Positions 47,256-56,927 of a DNA stretch of 64,000 nt are shown piece by piece; the stretch's first letter is position 1; the number at the start of each line of letters is the position of its first letter. Position numbers and translations under genes: made by a program. The notes under the pieces are model-generated. The model was given only the letters and a program-made list of their open reading frames with translations. It searched no databases and was not told where the DNA came from. Source of the stretch: Spirochaetota bacterium (lineage in GTDB: Bacteria; Spirochaetota; UBA4802; UBA5550); assembly GCA_036745755.1 (NCBI GenBank), contig DAIOFM010000001.1:13796-77795 (forward strand), in the 5' to 3' direction.

Positions 47256-47602
47256 TTATACATAGATCACATATTTTAATACAAAATTCACAAATGTATA
47301 TAATATAATAATACCAAACAGTATAAGCATTGTCACAAAAAACTTTGGAAATCTGTATATTAACCTGTATATCGCAAGATTCCTGGCTTTCATTATAAAA
47401 CCGAGGATTTTGTTAGTAGTTATATGCTTCACTTTTTTTTCACCTGCCTGAAGATTGGATTACTATATTTTCTAAACCAAAAAAAGTAAAATCATTTTTT
47501 ATCATATTCAGCTGGTAAACCCCGCCATATAAAAACAATCAGAATTAAAAAAACTTGACTGTTACATCAACGGGAATTCTCCTGTTCTCCCGGAGAAAAA
47601 AA

Positions 47603-47881
47603 ATGACTGAAATTCTTATTATAATGATAACCGGAATAACGGCGGGTATAATTCTGAAGAAAAGGAAAACCTTAATTGCCTCGGCGGAAAAACTTACCAT
47701 GTGGGCAATCTACCTGCTGCTGTTTCTCCTTGGCCTCTCTGTCGGAACCAACGAGCAGGTCATAAAGAATTTCGGAGTCATCGGATTTCAGTCAGTTATT
47801 CTTACAATTTCCGGAATTGCCGGCAGTATAATCCTGGCATTTATTCTATACATTATAATGTTCAAAGATAAAGAGGATTAA
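47603..47881 (+). CDS. LysO/DUF340 lysine-exporter family, small subunit
   Basis: About 92 aa with 3 TM. The TAATG junction couples it to the following DUF340 gene. Confidence 0.68.
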   Translation: MTEILIIMITGITAGIILKKRKTLIASAEKLTMWAIYLLLFLLGLSVGTNEQVIKNFGVIGFQSVILTISGIAGSIILAFILYIIMFKDKED

Positions 47882-48486
47882 TGAGAGGAAGTATTATTAT
47901 TGTTCTTTTTTTCTGCGCAGGGCTTTTAGCCGGCCTTAACGGATTTTCTCTTACCGGTATTACCTCAACAGATCCGAGCGTATACGCGCTCTACCTTCTG
48001 ATGTTCCTCGTGGGTATAGGAATCGGCGCCGACAGTCATGTATGGTCCGTACTTAAAAGAATGAATTTTGAAATACTCCTTGTTCCTGTTATTATTATAA
48101 TCGGAACACTGACCGGCACTGCAATCTGCTCAATTTTCTTTAATGATCTATCCCTCGCCGATTCTCTGGCAATAGGATCCGGTTTCGGTTATTACTCCCT
48201 TTCAAGTATAATTATATCAAAAATACGCAACGAGACGCTCGGTGTTATGGCCCTTATTTCTAATATTTCGCGGGAGATATTTACACTCATAGCCACTCCT
48301 CTCCTTGCCAGGTATTTCGGCAAACTGGCGCCCATAGCATCAGGAGGGGCAACATCAATGGACACAACTCTCCCTGTAATAGCAAAATTTTCAGGCAAAG
48401 AATATGCGGTAATTGCCGTATTCAGCGGAGTTGTGCTGACAATACTGGTTCCATTTATAATAACACTTATCTACAGAATTATCTGA
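47881..48486 (+). CDS. LysO/DUF340 lysine-exporter family, large subunit
   Basis: About 200 aa with 6 TM. GFGYYSLSS and SGGATSMDTTLP motifs typical of YbjE/LysO. Confidence 0.75.
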   Translation: MRGSIIIVLFFCAGLLAGLNGFSLTGITSTDPSVYALYLLMFLVGIGIGADSHVWSVLKRMNFEILLVPVIIIIGTLTGTAICSIFFNDLSLADSLAIGSGFGYYSLSSIIISKIRNETLGVMALISNISREIFTLIATPLLARYFGKLAPIASGGATSMDTTLPVIAKFSGKEYAVIAVFSGVVLTILVPFIITLIYRII

Positions 48487-49342
48487 GCCCTCTCCTGAAC
48501 CTGTACCTGAGAACCAGACCGAACATATTAAGCAGAAGAACCAGTCCTATCAGGACTATTGCAGTACCATACTGCAGATGTCTTGTAGCCTGGATATGAG
48601 TACCTGCCGTGGCCATAACATATATATGATAAGGAAGAGCCATCACCTCGTTAAATACTGATACCGGAAGATCGGGCGTATAAAACGCCGCCGCCGTAAA
48701 CATAATAGGGGCCGTTTCACCTGCAGCCCTGCCAAGAGAAAGCATTACACCAGTAAGAATACCGGGAAGCGCGCTGGGAAGAACTATTTTATATATAGTC
48801 TGCCATTTAGTTGCACCAAGAGAAACAGAAGCCTCTCTGTAGGTATCAGGTACAACCATAAGAGCTTCCTCTGTTGACCTGATAATAACAGGAAGATTGA
48901 GCAGCCCAAGGGTAAGAGAGCCGGCCAGAATAGAGGTGCCGAATCCGAGAAAAATAACAAATAGGCTGAGACCGAAAAGACCGAAAACAACTGAAGGAAC
49001 ACCCGCAAGATTGTTTATACCCATTCTTATAATTTTAACAAGGCGGGGATTTCCAGCGTATTCTGAAAGATACACTGCAGTAATTACACCAACAGGTATT
49101 GAGATAATCGAAGAACCTATCATAAGATAAAATGTACCGATAATGGCAGGAAAAATACCACCTTCTGTCATCTCATTCCGCGGTACCTCTGTAAGAAATT
49201 CCCAGGAAATAGCGGAAGCTCCTTTAAGAAAAATATAACCAAGTATAAAAATGAGAGCAGCAATAACTGTAAATGCAGAAACCCTTATCAGAAAAAATGC
49301 TGCTTTTTCCTCAACATTATATTTATTAAATCTTTTGCTCAT
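48479..49342 (-). CDS. pstA: Phosphate ABC transporter permease PstA
   Basis: EAS..LGATKWQT… signature of PstA/PstC permeases. Follows pstC with a 10-nt gap. ATG 49342 preferred. Confidence 0.88.
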   Translation of the reverse strand: MSKRFNKYNVEEKAAFFLIRVSAFTVIAALIFILGYIFLKGASAISWEFLTEVPRNEMTEGGIFPAIIGTFYLMIGSSIISIPVGVITAVYLSEYAGNPRLVKIIRMGINNLAGVPSVVFGLFGLSLFVIFLGFGTSILAGSLTLGLLNLPVIIRSTEEALMVVPDTYREASVSLGATKWQTIYKIVLPSALPGILTGVMLSLGRAAGETAPIMFTAAAFYTPDLPVSVFNEVMALPYHIYVMATAGTHIQATRHLQYGTAIVLIGLVLLLNMFGLVLRYRFRRGLR

Positions 49343-49352
49343 TAACTTTAAC

Positions 49353-50288
49353 CTAATTCGATTTAAACTTATATTTATTCGACAGATAATCCGCCACAAT
49401 ATTAAAAAGAAATGTTATCACAAAAAGAATAATACCGATAGCAAACAGCGCATTATAATGAATCCCCCCCACTTCCGCTTCTGCCATCTCAGCGGCAATA
49501 TTTGAAGTAAGAGGCCTGACTGGATCAAAAACAGAATGAGGTATAAGGGTCGCTCCACCTGCGACCATCAGTACAACCATGGTCTCCCCTATAACCCTTG
49601 AGATACCCAGTATTATTGCTGTCCAGATTCCGGAAAGAGATGCGGGAAGGGTAACGTGAAATATAGTCTGCCATCTGTTGGCTCCCAGAGCGTACGACGC
49701 CTCTTTCAGGTTTACCGGTACTGATGATATTGCGTCTTCAGATATACTGGCAATTGTCGGAACAGCCATGAAAGCAAGCATGAGAGAAGCGTTAAACATA
49801 TTAAGGCCAGAATCGATATTAAATTCATTAATAAGAAAAGGAGCAACCACTACCATCCCGAAAAAACCGATAACAACTGATGGAATCGATGCTATTATCT
49901 CAACAACAGGTTTTACTATCTCTCTGACCCTGCTTCCTGCAAGTTCCGCAAGATAAACTGCAACAGCAAGACTGAGAGGGATAGAAATTACTGATGCAAG
50001 AACTGTTACTGAAACAGAAGCCATGATAAGAGGAAAAACTCCGTATCTTGGATTTTCACTTGTGGGATACCATTCACTACCTGCAATGAAATCCGAAACG
50101 CTTATTTCAGTGAAGAGGGGCACACCTTCTCTAATAAGAAAAATCATTATCAGAAAGAGTATAAAGAGACATGAAAGCCCTACAACAAGGAAAAATTTTT
50201 CAATAAAAACATCAAACACAATACTGTTATACTTCATCCCGATCTTCAGACTTTTTATTTTAATTTTTTTTTCCGCAATTTCATTCAC
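49353..50288 (-). CDS. pstC: Phosphate ABC transporter permease PstC
   Basis: EASYALGANRWQTIFHVTLP and 6 TM. Confidence 0.88.
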   Translation of the reverse strand: MNEIAEKKIKIKSLKIGMKYNSIVFDVFIEKFFLVVGLSCLFILFLIMIFLIREGVPLFTEISVSDFIAGSEWYPTSENPRYGVFPLIMASVSVTVLASVISIPLSLAVAVYLAELAGSRVREIVKPVVEIIASIPSVVIGFFGMVVVAPFLINEFNIDSGLNMFNASLMLAFMAVPTIASISEDAISSVPVNLKEASYALGANRWQTIFHVTLPASLSGIWTAIILGISRVIGETMVVLMVAGGATLIPHSVFDPVRPLTSNIAAEMAEAEVGGIHYNALFAIGIILFVITFLFNIVADYLSNKYKFKSN

Positions 50289-50453
50289 GACAACACCTGT
50301 ATATAACGTATTTATTCTTTAACGTGAATAAAAGGGATATTTATTAAGAAATTATAAAGAAAATATTAATAAAAAATAATAATCATGCGAAACTATAGGG
50401 AAATATCCTGAATATAGAAAGGAACTGAAAAGAAACTCGGAGTTAATATAAAT

Positions 50454-51404
50454 TTATTCTTTATTTTTTGAAATATTTTTTCTGTTTATAAGATCAAGAA
50501 GCGCATAAATTGATTTAAGATAGGGAACACCGACTCCGTATTTATCCGCAATTCTGACAGCATTTCCGAGAATTGCCTCAACCTCCATGGGACGGCCTGC
50601 CTCGAAATCAAGAAGCATACTCGTTTTATACGGAACCATTTTATATGTATCTTCAAGATTCTTTTTTATAAGATTTTCATCAACAGGATGACCGTCAGCA
50701 ACCGACAGAGCATATACTTCCTTCATTATATTTTCAATAAATGATTCAGTAAGAGGATCAGCAAGCATCTCTTTTGTGCTTACCCCTCCCCCTATAACCG
50801 AAACAGGATTAAAAGGGGCATTCCAGAGAAGTTTTTTCCAGCGCGCAGAAATTATATCATCAGCTGTTTCAACAGGAGTCCCGGAGGCCTTAAACATCTC
50901 TTCAAGAAGCTTAACTTTACCGGAAACCCCGGACGGGAAAGAACCAATTACAACCCTTCCGTAATCCTGGTGATCTATAAGTCCGTATTCAACCCTCGAA
51001 ACACAGACAAATGCCAGTGCACTTATTATTTCATTATCAGGAAACGCGTCAGTAACTTCCTTTTCAATATTAATCCCGTTTTGAAGAAGAACTATTGAAG
51101 TTGATGGTTTAACCGCATCTCTTATAATAGACACAACATCTATATCAGGCAAAACTTTTGTTGCTACAACCAGAAAATCCGCGGTATCATTGTACTCAGA
51201 GGCTTTCTTAAAAACAGAATCAGGTTTAAAATCAAAATCACCATTAATACTTTTTATTCTAATCCCCTTCTCTTTTACAATATTATAGTCAGACCTGCAT
51301 ACAGCTGAGACTGCTGCTCCTGCCTGGGAAAGTTTGCCTCCGTAAAAACTGCCTATAGCCCCTGTTCCGATTAAAAGAACCTTAATCCCGCTGTAGTTGT
51401 CCAT
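50454..51404 (-). CDS. panE: 2-dehydropantoate 2-reductase (ketopantoate reductase)
   Basis: Rossmann LLIGTGAIGSFYGGKL. C-terminal ApbA domain with …KTSMLLDFEAGRPMEVE. Confidence 0.85.
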   Translation of the reverse strand: MDNYSGIKVLLIGTGAIGSFYGGKLSQAGAAVSAVCRSDYNIVKEKGIRIKSINGDFDFKPDSVFKKASEYNDTADFLVVATKVLPDIDVVSIIRDAVKPSTSIVLLQNGINIEKEVTDAFPDNEIISALAFVCVSRVEYGLIDHQDYGRVVIGSFPSGVSGKVKLLEEMFKASGTPVETADDIISARWKKLLWNAPFNPVSVIGGGVSTKEMLADPLTESFIENIMKEVYALSVADGHPVDENLIKKNLEDTYKMVPYKTSMLLDFEAGRPMEVEAILGNAVRIADKYGVGVPYLKSIYALLDLINRKNISKNKE

Positions 51405-51427
51405 TTTAACCATCCTTTAAAAAAAAT

Positions 51428-51458
51428 AATTCCGGTAAAGTTAGTACCGGAATTTTTT
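51428..51458. terminator. Intrinsic terminator downstream of the OMP gene
   Basis: AATTCCGGTA-aagttag-TACCGGAATT with A6/T6 flanks. Confidence 0.65.
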
Positions 51459-51486
51459 CAGTAACATATAAAAGCACAATTATTTT

Positions 51487-52029
51487 TTATATGTCAACTT
51501 TAAGACCTAAATTAATAGATTGTGCCTTTATATACGAATCATGTTCCGTGTAGTCATACATGTATTCACCGAAAATCCTGAGAAAGGGGAAAACAGTGAA
51601 TTCCACACCGGCACCGAACCCGTATCCCTTAAATTTTTCAGTGTCAGAATAATCTGCCACCTCCATCTTGTCATAAAATGAATAGGTCCCCCTTACATAA
51701 GGGTGTATTATCGGAAGGCCAAGAATCAGGTTCGCATCAAGACCCATTGTCTGCCTTGTGATATCCTCATCCGAATTTGTGATATCAATTTTAAGCTTGG
51801 AATACTGATAGTATGCTCCTACACCAAGCTCAAGCAAGGGAATAAGGGATGTATTATAATGGCCCTTAATTCCATATACCCCGCCTTTAGGATCATCATT
51901 ATTGTCTTCAAGTTCACCCTTGAAAACATAGCCGCCCCATACCGCTGCATCAACAAGGGCAAAACTGTTAGTTGTGACAAAAAAAACAAATCCCAAAGCA
52001 ATTATTGATACTTTGAAAAAATTTTTCAC
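51487..52029 (-). CDS. Outer-membrane beta-barrel protein (OmpW/opacity-porin-like)
   Basis: Signal peptide, alternating-hydrophobic strands, C-terminal aromatic-rich strand. GTG start after GGAGG. Confidence 0.72.
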   Translation of the reverse strand: MKNFFKVSIIALGFVFFVTTNSFALVDAAVWGGYVFKGELEDNNDDPKGGVYGIKGHYNTSLIPLLELGVGAYYQYSKLKIDITNSDEDITRQTMGLDANLILGLPIIHPYVRGTYSFYDKMEVADYSDTEKFKGYGFGAGVEFTVFPFLRIFGEYMYDYTEHDSYIKAQSINLGLKVDI

Positions 52030-52329
52030 AGCAATCCTCCATGGATATTTGTTAAAAACCGGAGAAAAATCCCGGTTTCATATGAAAATTTATAAAACAA
52101 TCGGAAAAAATCAATAGTAAATATAATTTATTTTTCCTGTCAATGTTTTATAATTTTCAGATTCCTTACTTTAAAACCTAAATTTCTATTTCAAATTCAT
52201 TATTTCTTAACTTCTTTCAGGGAAGAGAGACTACGTTCCCCCATATCATTTATTCTGTTTCAACTTTTTAATAATTGAATACTTGACAGAAGATCCAATT
52301 TAACAGGAAATACAAAAAAAGGAATTAAA

Positions 52330-53088
52330 ATGAAAATACTTCTTACAAACGATGACGGCATAAATGCAGAAGGACTTATAATTCTTGAAAGGGTCCTTTC
52401 CAAATATCATGAAACCTATATCATAGCTCCTGACAGGGAGAGGAGCGCATGCTCAAATATATTTACTATAAGGGATGAACTTATATTAACAAAAATCAGC
52501 AAAAACAGATTCTCAATAAACGGATACCCTGCAGACTGTGTAAGCATTGCCATGCATTCAGATTTTATACCTGAAATAGATCTTGTTATTTCCGGCATAA
52601 ATCACGGCCCGAACCTGGGAGACGATGTTCATTTCTCCGGCACTGTCGCAGGAGCACGGACAGCCTTTATCTTCGGAAAACCTGGTATTGCTTTCTCAAT
52701 AGACAGTTTTCACAAGGCTTCTCCAAACATGCCTGAAGCATCTGAATTTCTTGCTGAATATATAAAAAACACTCCTGTTTCACCTGACACATTTCTTAAT
52801 ATAAATTATCCCGATATACCATATTCAGAAACTTCAGGTATAAAATATACCTTTTTATCAAAAAGATACTACAGGGATTTATACATAAAAAGAGAAATCG
52901 CACCGAATCAAACAGCGGTTTCCCTTAATGGCGAAATAGAGACAGAATTTTCTGAGGGAAGTGACGATGATGCTATGAAAAGAGGATATATATCAATAAC
53001 ACCATTGACTATTGATTCAACTGACTATAAAAAAATTGATGAACTGTCTGAAAAACAGGGATACATCTACAGCCTCAGGGGGACCTGA
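52330..53088 (+). CDS. surE: 5'/3'-nucleotidase SurE
   Basis: MKILLTNDDGINAEGL…, SGINHGPNLGDDVHFSGTVAGA. Confidence 0.92.
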   Translation: MKILLTNDDGINAEGLIILERVLSKYHETYIIAPDRERSACSNIFTIRDELILTKISKNRFSINGYPADCVSIAMHSDFIPEIDLVISGINHGPNLGDDVHFSGTVAGARTAFIFGKPGIAFSIDSFHKASPNMPEASEFLAEYIKNTPVSPDTFLNINYPDIPYSETSGIKYTFLSKRYYRDLYIKREIAPNQTAVSLNGEIETEFSEGSDDDAMKRGYISITPLTIDSTDYKKIDELSEKQGYIYSLRGT

Positions 53089-53095
53089 AATTTAA

Positions 53096-53791
53096 ATGGA
53101 CGATTTAAACAGCTCAATCCAGTCAATTCTGAAATCTGCAGCAGGTAATCTCATCTCCTCTGATTATAATTCAGCTCTGGAAGAACTGAAAAAAGCAGAA
53201 GTAAAAGATAAAGATAATCCTGAAATACTATATAACCTTGGAATAACATATACCAGATTAGGCCTTTTTAAAACAGCACTTGATTACTTCAACAGGGTAG
53301 TATCCCTGGAAATCCGTTTTATTGATATACAGCATGTAAAAAAGAACCTTGCCTTCTGTCTTATCCATATGGAAAGATACGATGAAGCTATACAGTATCT
53401 CGACAGCGTACTTCAGGATTTTCCCTCAGATATACAGGCTCTGAATATGAAAGGTTATTCTCTGGAGAAATCCGGGAAAATTAACGATTCACTGAGAACT
53501 TACAGTGAAGTTTTTAAATATGATAAAACCAATATAAACACACTCAACTCAACAGCATACCTTATGGCAAAACAGGGAATAAACCTGGATAAAGCCCTGG
53601 AAATTGCCGCTTACATATACAGACGCGACAGAAATAATCCCGCATACAGGGACACTCTCGGTTATATCTATCTGAAATCAGGAAATTATGATCTGGCGGA
53701 AAAACATCTGAATGCAGCTTTAAACGAACTCCCCTTTAATACTGAAATAGCTGAACATATGAAAGAACTCAGGTCTAAAAAAGATATATAA
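53096..53791 (+). CDS. TPR-repeat protein
   Basis: Several 34-aa TPR units (YNLGITYTRLGLFKTALDYFNRVV…). Confidence 0.78.
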   Translation: MDDLNSSIQSILKSAAGNLISSDYNSALEELKKAEVKDKDNPEILYNLGITYTRLGLFKTALDYFNRVVSLEIRFIDIQHVKKNLAFCLIHMERYDEAIQYLDSVLQDFPSDIQALNMKGYSLEKSGKINDSLRTYSEVFKYDKTNINTLNSTAYLMAKQGINLDKALEIAAYIYRRDRNNPAYRDTLGYIYLKSGNYDLAEKHLNAALNELPFNTEIAEHMKELRSKKDI

Positions 53792-54895
53792 TCATTGTTT
53801 AATTGAAAAAATCTCTTTTTCAAGATAATAAAGAATCTCGTTTCTCAATTTCTGAAGGAGATCGTATTTCATGTTTCTCAGATAATAAAATTCAATTATC
53901 TTGCTCACCCTGTATATAAAATCAATAATCTCAGAATAAGACATTCTGTCAGGACCGAAATCCAGTAAACCGGCACTTTCAAAGTATAATTTATATTCCC
54001 TGAAAGCACCCCTTATCTCTTCATAGGAATCATATATATCTTTTGTTATTCTACCTTCTTCAAGTTTTGATTTCAGGGAATCGCTTATAAAATTAAGCCG
54101 GAAAAGCTTGCCGTCATTTTCATTATAATAATATTTTAAAAATGAATAATAAGAAGTAAGCTGTTTCTTATATTCAAAACCAGCTTTTACTATTTTATTA
54201 AATTCAGCTATTTTAACAACATGGTTCGATCCATCAAGATATTCCTTGACCGCGAATTCATTCATTCTCCAGCCCAACTGATTCGAACTTTTCTGAAATA
54301 AAGACTTTATTTCATCATTGTATTCGGAAAACTTCCCTACAAGTTTTTCAGTATTCCTGTACCCGGAAAGAATTTTAACAAAATCAGCTAGTATATTTTT
54401 AACGTCTTTCTCAAAAGTAAAATTCCGTTTATAAAAAAATCTGCTGTAAGAACCAAGAATATAATAAAAATCACTGACCGAACGTTTAGCAAGTGTAAGC
54501 ATAAGATATTTAAAATTCAGAAGTTCCCCATCTATTTCAAGAATAAGGCTGTTAAGTGAATCTATGGTTTCATCAATCTCCTGTTCATCAACCGTTTTCT
54601 GCTGCATAACGGCTATAATTTTATTTTCTATATCAGTTATATAAAAAAGATAAAGACTTTCAAGTTTGAGTTCCCAGGATTTCTTTTTTTTAATATCATT
54701 CAGTCTAACTTTAATATCCTCATTCAATTTTGTTCCTTCAGCCGGGATATAGTTTTCCCAGTCTTCAGGAATTTTTAAAAATTTACCCAGAATATTTTTA
54801 TCCTCATTCCTTATTACAAACCTGTAATAATTCATCTTTACCTGAAAAAACTTCTCTTCAAGTTCTCTTATATAAGATCTTCCCGAGTCCGGCAT
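53792..54895 (-). CDS. Hypothetical helical cytosolic protein
   Basis: 367-aa ORF, K/E/Y/F-rich with no recognisable motif. Abuts the TPR gene stop with zero gap. Confidence 0.5.
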   Translation of the reverse strand: MPDSGRSYIRELEEKFFQVKMNYYRFVIRNEDKNILGKFLKIPEDWENYIPAEGTKLNEDIKVRLNDIKKKKSWELKLESLYLFYITDIENKIIAVMQQKTVDEQEIDETIDSLNSLILEIDGELLNFKYLMLTLAKRSVSDFYYILGSYSRFFYKRNFTFEKDVKNILADFVKILSGYRNTEKLVGKFSEYNDEIKSLFQKSSNQLGWRMNEFAVKEYLDGSNHVVKIAEFNKIVKAGFEYKKQLTSYYSFLKYYYNENDGKLFRLNFISDSLKSKLEEGRITKDIYDSYEEIRGAFREYKLYFESAGLLDFGPDRMSYSEIIDFIYRVSKIIEFYYLRNMKYDLLQKLRNEILYYLEKEIFSIKQ

Positions 54896-55344
54896 ATCCT
54901 TAACCTGTTTTTTTAATTAATTGTGTTAAAAATCACCGTAAATGTTATTAAAAAATTATTAACAGGATTCACAATGATATTAACAGAATCTTTAAGTTAT
55001 AAACATCTTATACCAATATTATCAATACATTTTCACTTTTTTAGAAATCCTATGACCATCATTTAATTAATTTGTTGCCAAAAACGCTTTCTAAAACTAC
55101 ATAATTAATCCGGTCATCTAACCGGAAATTTTTATACAAAAAATATCCAAATTAATCTTTTACAATATTTCTGCTTTAATGATTTTCCATTAAACAGTTT
55201 TTATAGAAAACTGATATTTAAAGATTTGTGAATTGAAATATTCATTTTTAAATGTATGATTTCGTGATAAAAGATATTATGGAAAGTTGTCGTATTTATA
55301 AACAATCTTATTAACAATTGTTGATAACATAATGAGGTATAATC
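54896..55344. other. Candidate oriC segment upstream of dnaA
   Basis: 449-bp very AT-rich non-coding region. TTAT(A/T)AACA at 54956, 54997, 55296 and 55308. Other 7/9 matches to TTATCCACA (TTATCAATA, ATATCCAAA). Confidence 0.5.
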
Positions 55345-56688
55345 TTGGCACAGGCTATATGGGATAATGTTCTTAAAAATCTCGAAAAAAGAATAAATAA
55401 ACAGTCTTACGCAATGTGGCTTAAAGACACTGCCCCCCTCTCCATAGAGGGTGACATATTGAAAATAAAAGTCAAAGATGATGTTGCTGTAAGACATCTT
55501 CAGGATCAATATCAAAAGGATATAGAAAAGATACTGGAATCTGCAACAGGAAAAAAATATATCTGTGAATTTGTAACTGAATCTTCTATTCCCGATAAGA
55601 AGGAGCAGAATAATAATTCACCTTTTACCGGTATATCAACAACACCAAAAGTTGAAAATGAACGAATTTCACCTCTTAATGCCAACTATACATTCGAAAA
55701 CTTTGTAGTAGGACCAAATAACCAGCTGGCTCACGCTGCAGCAAAATCAGTATCCAGATCTCCCGCAACACAGTTTAACCCCCTCTTTATCTACGGGGGA
55801 ACAGGCCTTGGAAAAACCCACCTTATACAGGCAATAGGGCATAATATCCTTAAAGAACGCCCCTACCTGAAGGTACTTTATATATCAACAGAACAGTTTA
55901 TTAATGAATTTATATATTCAATACAGACCAACACCCAGCAGAGTTTTAAAATAAAATACCGGAATGTTGATATTCTGTTGATAGATGACATTCAGTTTCT
56001 TGAAAAAAAAGAAGAGACCCAGAATGAGTTTTTCCATACATTCAACACTCTTTATGAAAACAAAAAGCAGATAGTTATATCAAGTGACAGGCCTCCAAAA
56101 CAGATAGCCACTCTTGCTGACAGGCTCCGTACAAGATTTGAATGGGGCATGATAACAGATATACAGACTCCTAACCTTGAAACAAGGGAAGCAATTCTCA
56201 GAAATAAGGCCTCTAAAGAGACTATAGAAATATCAGACGAGGCTTTTAACTATATTGCCCGTAGAATTACATCAAGCATAAGGGCCCTGGAATCAGCTCT
56301 TGCAAACCTCAGAATGGTTTACGACATATACAGGGAGCCTATTACAGTAAGACACGTTAAGGAACACCTTAAACATCTCTTTGATGAAGAAACAAGTCGA
56401 AAAGTAACTCCAAACGATATTATATCAAAGGTTGCTGATATATACAGTATAAGTGTTGAAGATATAATATCAAAAAGCAGACAGAGTAAAGTTGTAACAC
56501 CTCGCTTCGTTGCCATGTATCTGACAAGAAAACTTACTGATATGACAACAACCGATATAGGTAAACAGTTTGGAGACAGAGATCACTCAACAGTAGTAAA
56601 TGCAATCAATAAAATTGAAGAAGATATGAAAAATAATTTCGAATTTAAAGAGCAGATAGAAGATCTGAAGGTGGAATTGCGCAGTTAA
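55345..56688 (+). CDS. dnaA: Chromosomal replication initiator DnaA
   Basis: AAA+ GGTGLGKTHL, LLIDDIQF, SDRPP. C-terminal DNA-binding …FGDRDHSTVVNA. TTG start after GAGG. Confidence 0.97.
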   Translation: MAQAIWDNVLKNLEKRINKQSYAMWLKDTAPLSIEGDILKIKVKDDVAVRHLQDQYQKDIEKILESATGKKYICEFVTESSIPDKKEQNNNSPFTGISTTPKVENERISPLNANYTFENFVVGPNNQLAHAAAKSVSRSPATQFNPLFIYGGTGLGKTHLIQAIGHNILKERPYLKVLYISTEQFINEFIYSIQTNTQQSFKIKYRNVDILLIDDIQFLEKKEETQNEFFHTFNTLYENKKQIVISSDRPPKQIATLADRLRTRFEWGMITDIQTPNLETREAILRNKASKETIEISDEAFNYIARRITSSIRALESALANLRMVYDIYREPITVRHVKEHLKHLFDEETSRKVTPNDIISKVADIYSISVEDIISKSRQSKVVTPRFVAMYLTRKLTDMTTTDIGKQFGDRDHSTVVNAINKIEEDMKNNFEFKEQIEDLKVELRS

Positions 56689-56927
56689 TAAACTGTTAAT
56701 TTCCTCTTAATAATCTGTTAAAATAATCTGATAAATCTTTGAAACTTATAAACAAATTAACAAAACAAAATTTTTTGAATTTAGATTGAAAAATATCAAC
56801 ATGGTTAATTATAATAAATTCCTGATTAAATCAGAAGTTTCAATCATTATTAACATATACAGTAAACTACAACTACTGCTAATTAATAATAAAAAATTAA
56901 TATAATATATATAGTAGGAGTCACTGA
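56689..56927. other. Candidate second oriC segment (dnaA-dnaN spacer)
   Basis: 239-bp AT-rich spacer. TTATAAACA (56746) and TTATTAACA (56847). Tandem AATAATCTG(T/A)TA at about 56710-56734. Confidence 0.42.

Noticed and set aside
47256-47602. Lysine riboswitch (L-box) ahead of the split lysO exporter, given the neighbouring lysS.
   Set aside because: The region is very AT-rich. I could not find the conserved L-box core helices or sequence blocks, only a weak 5-bp hairpin near the SD.
50289-50453. Pho box upstream of pstC.
   Set aside because: I could not recognise CTGTCAT-type direct repeats or TT(A/T/C)ACA repeats with 11-bp phasing on the minus strand.
55201-55515. 104-aa minus-strand ORF spanning the dnaA start and the AT-rich origin region.
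   Set aside because: It overlaps dnaA and the oriC candidate, has an AT-driven composition (I/F/Y/N/K-rich), and has no SD.
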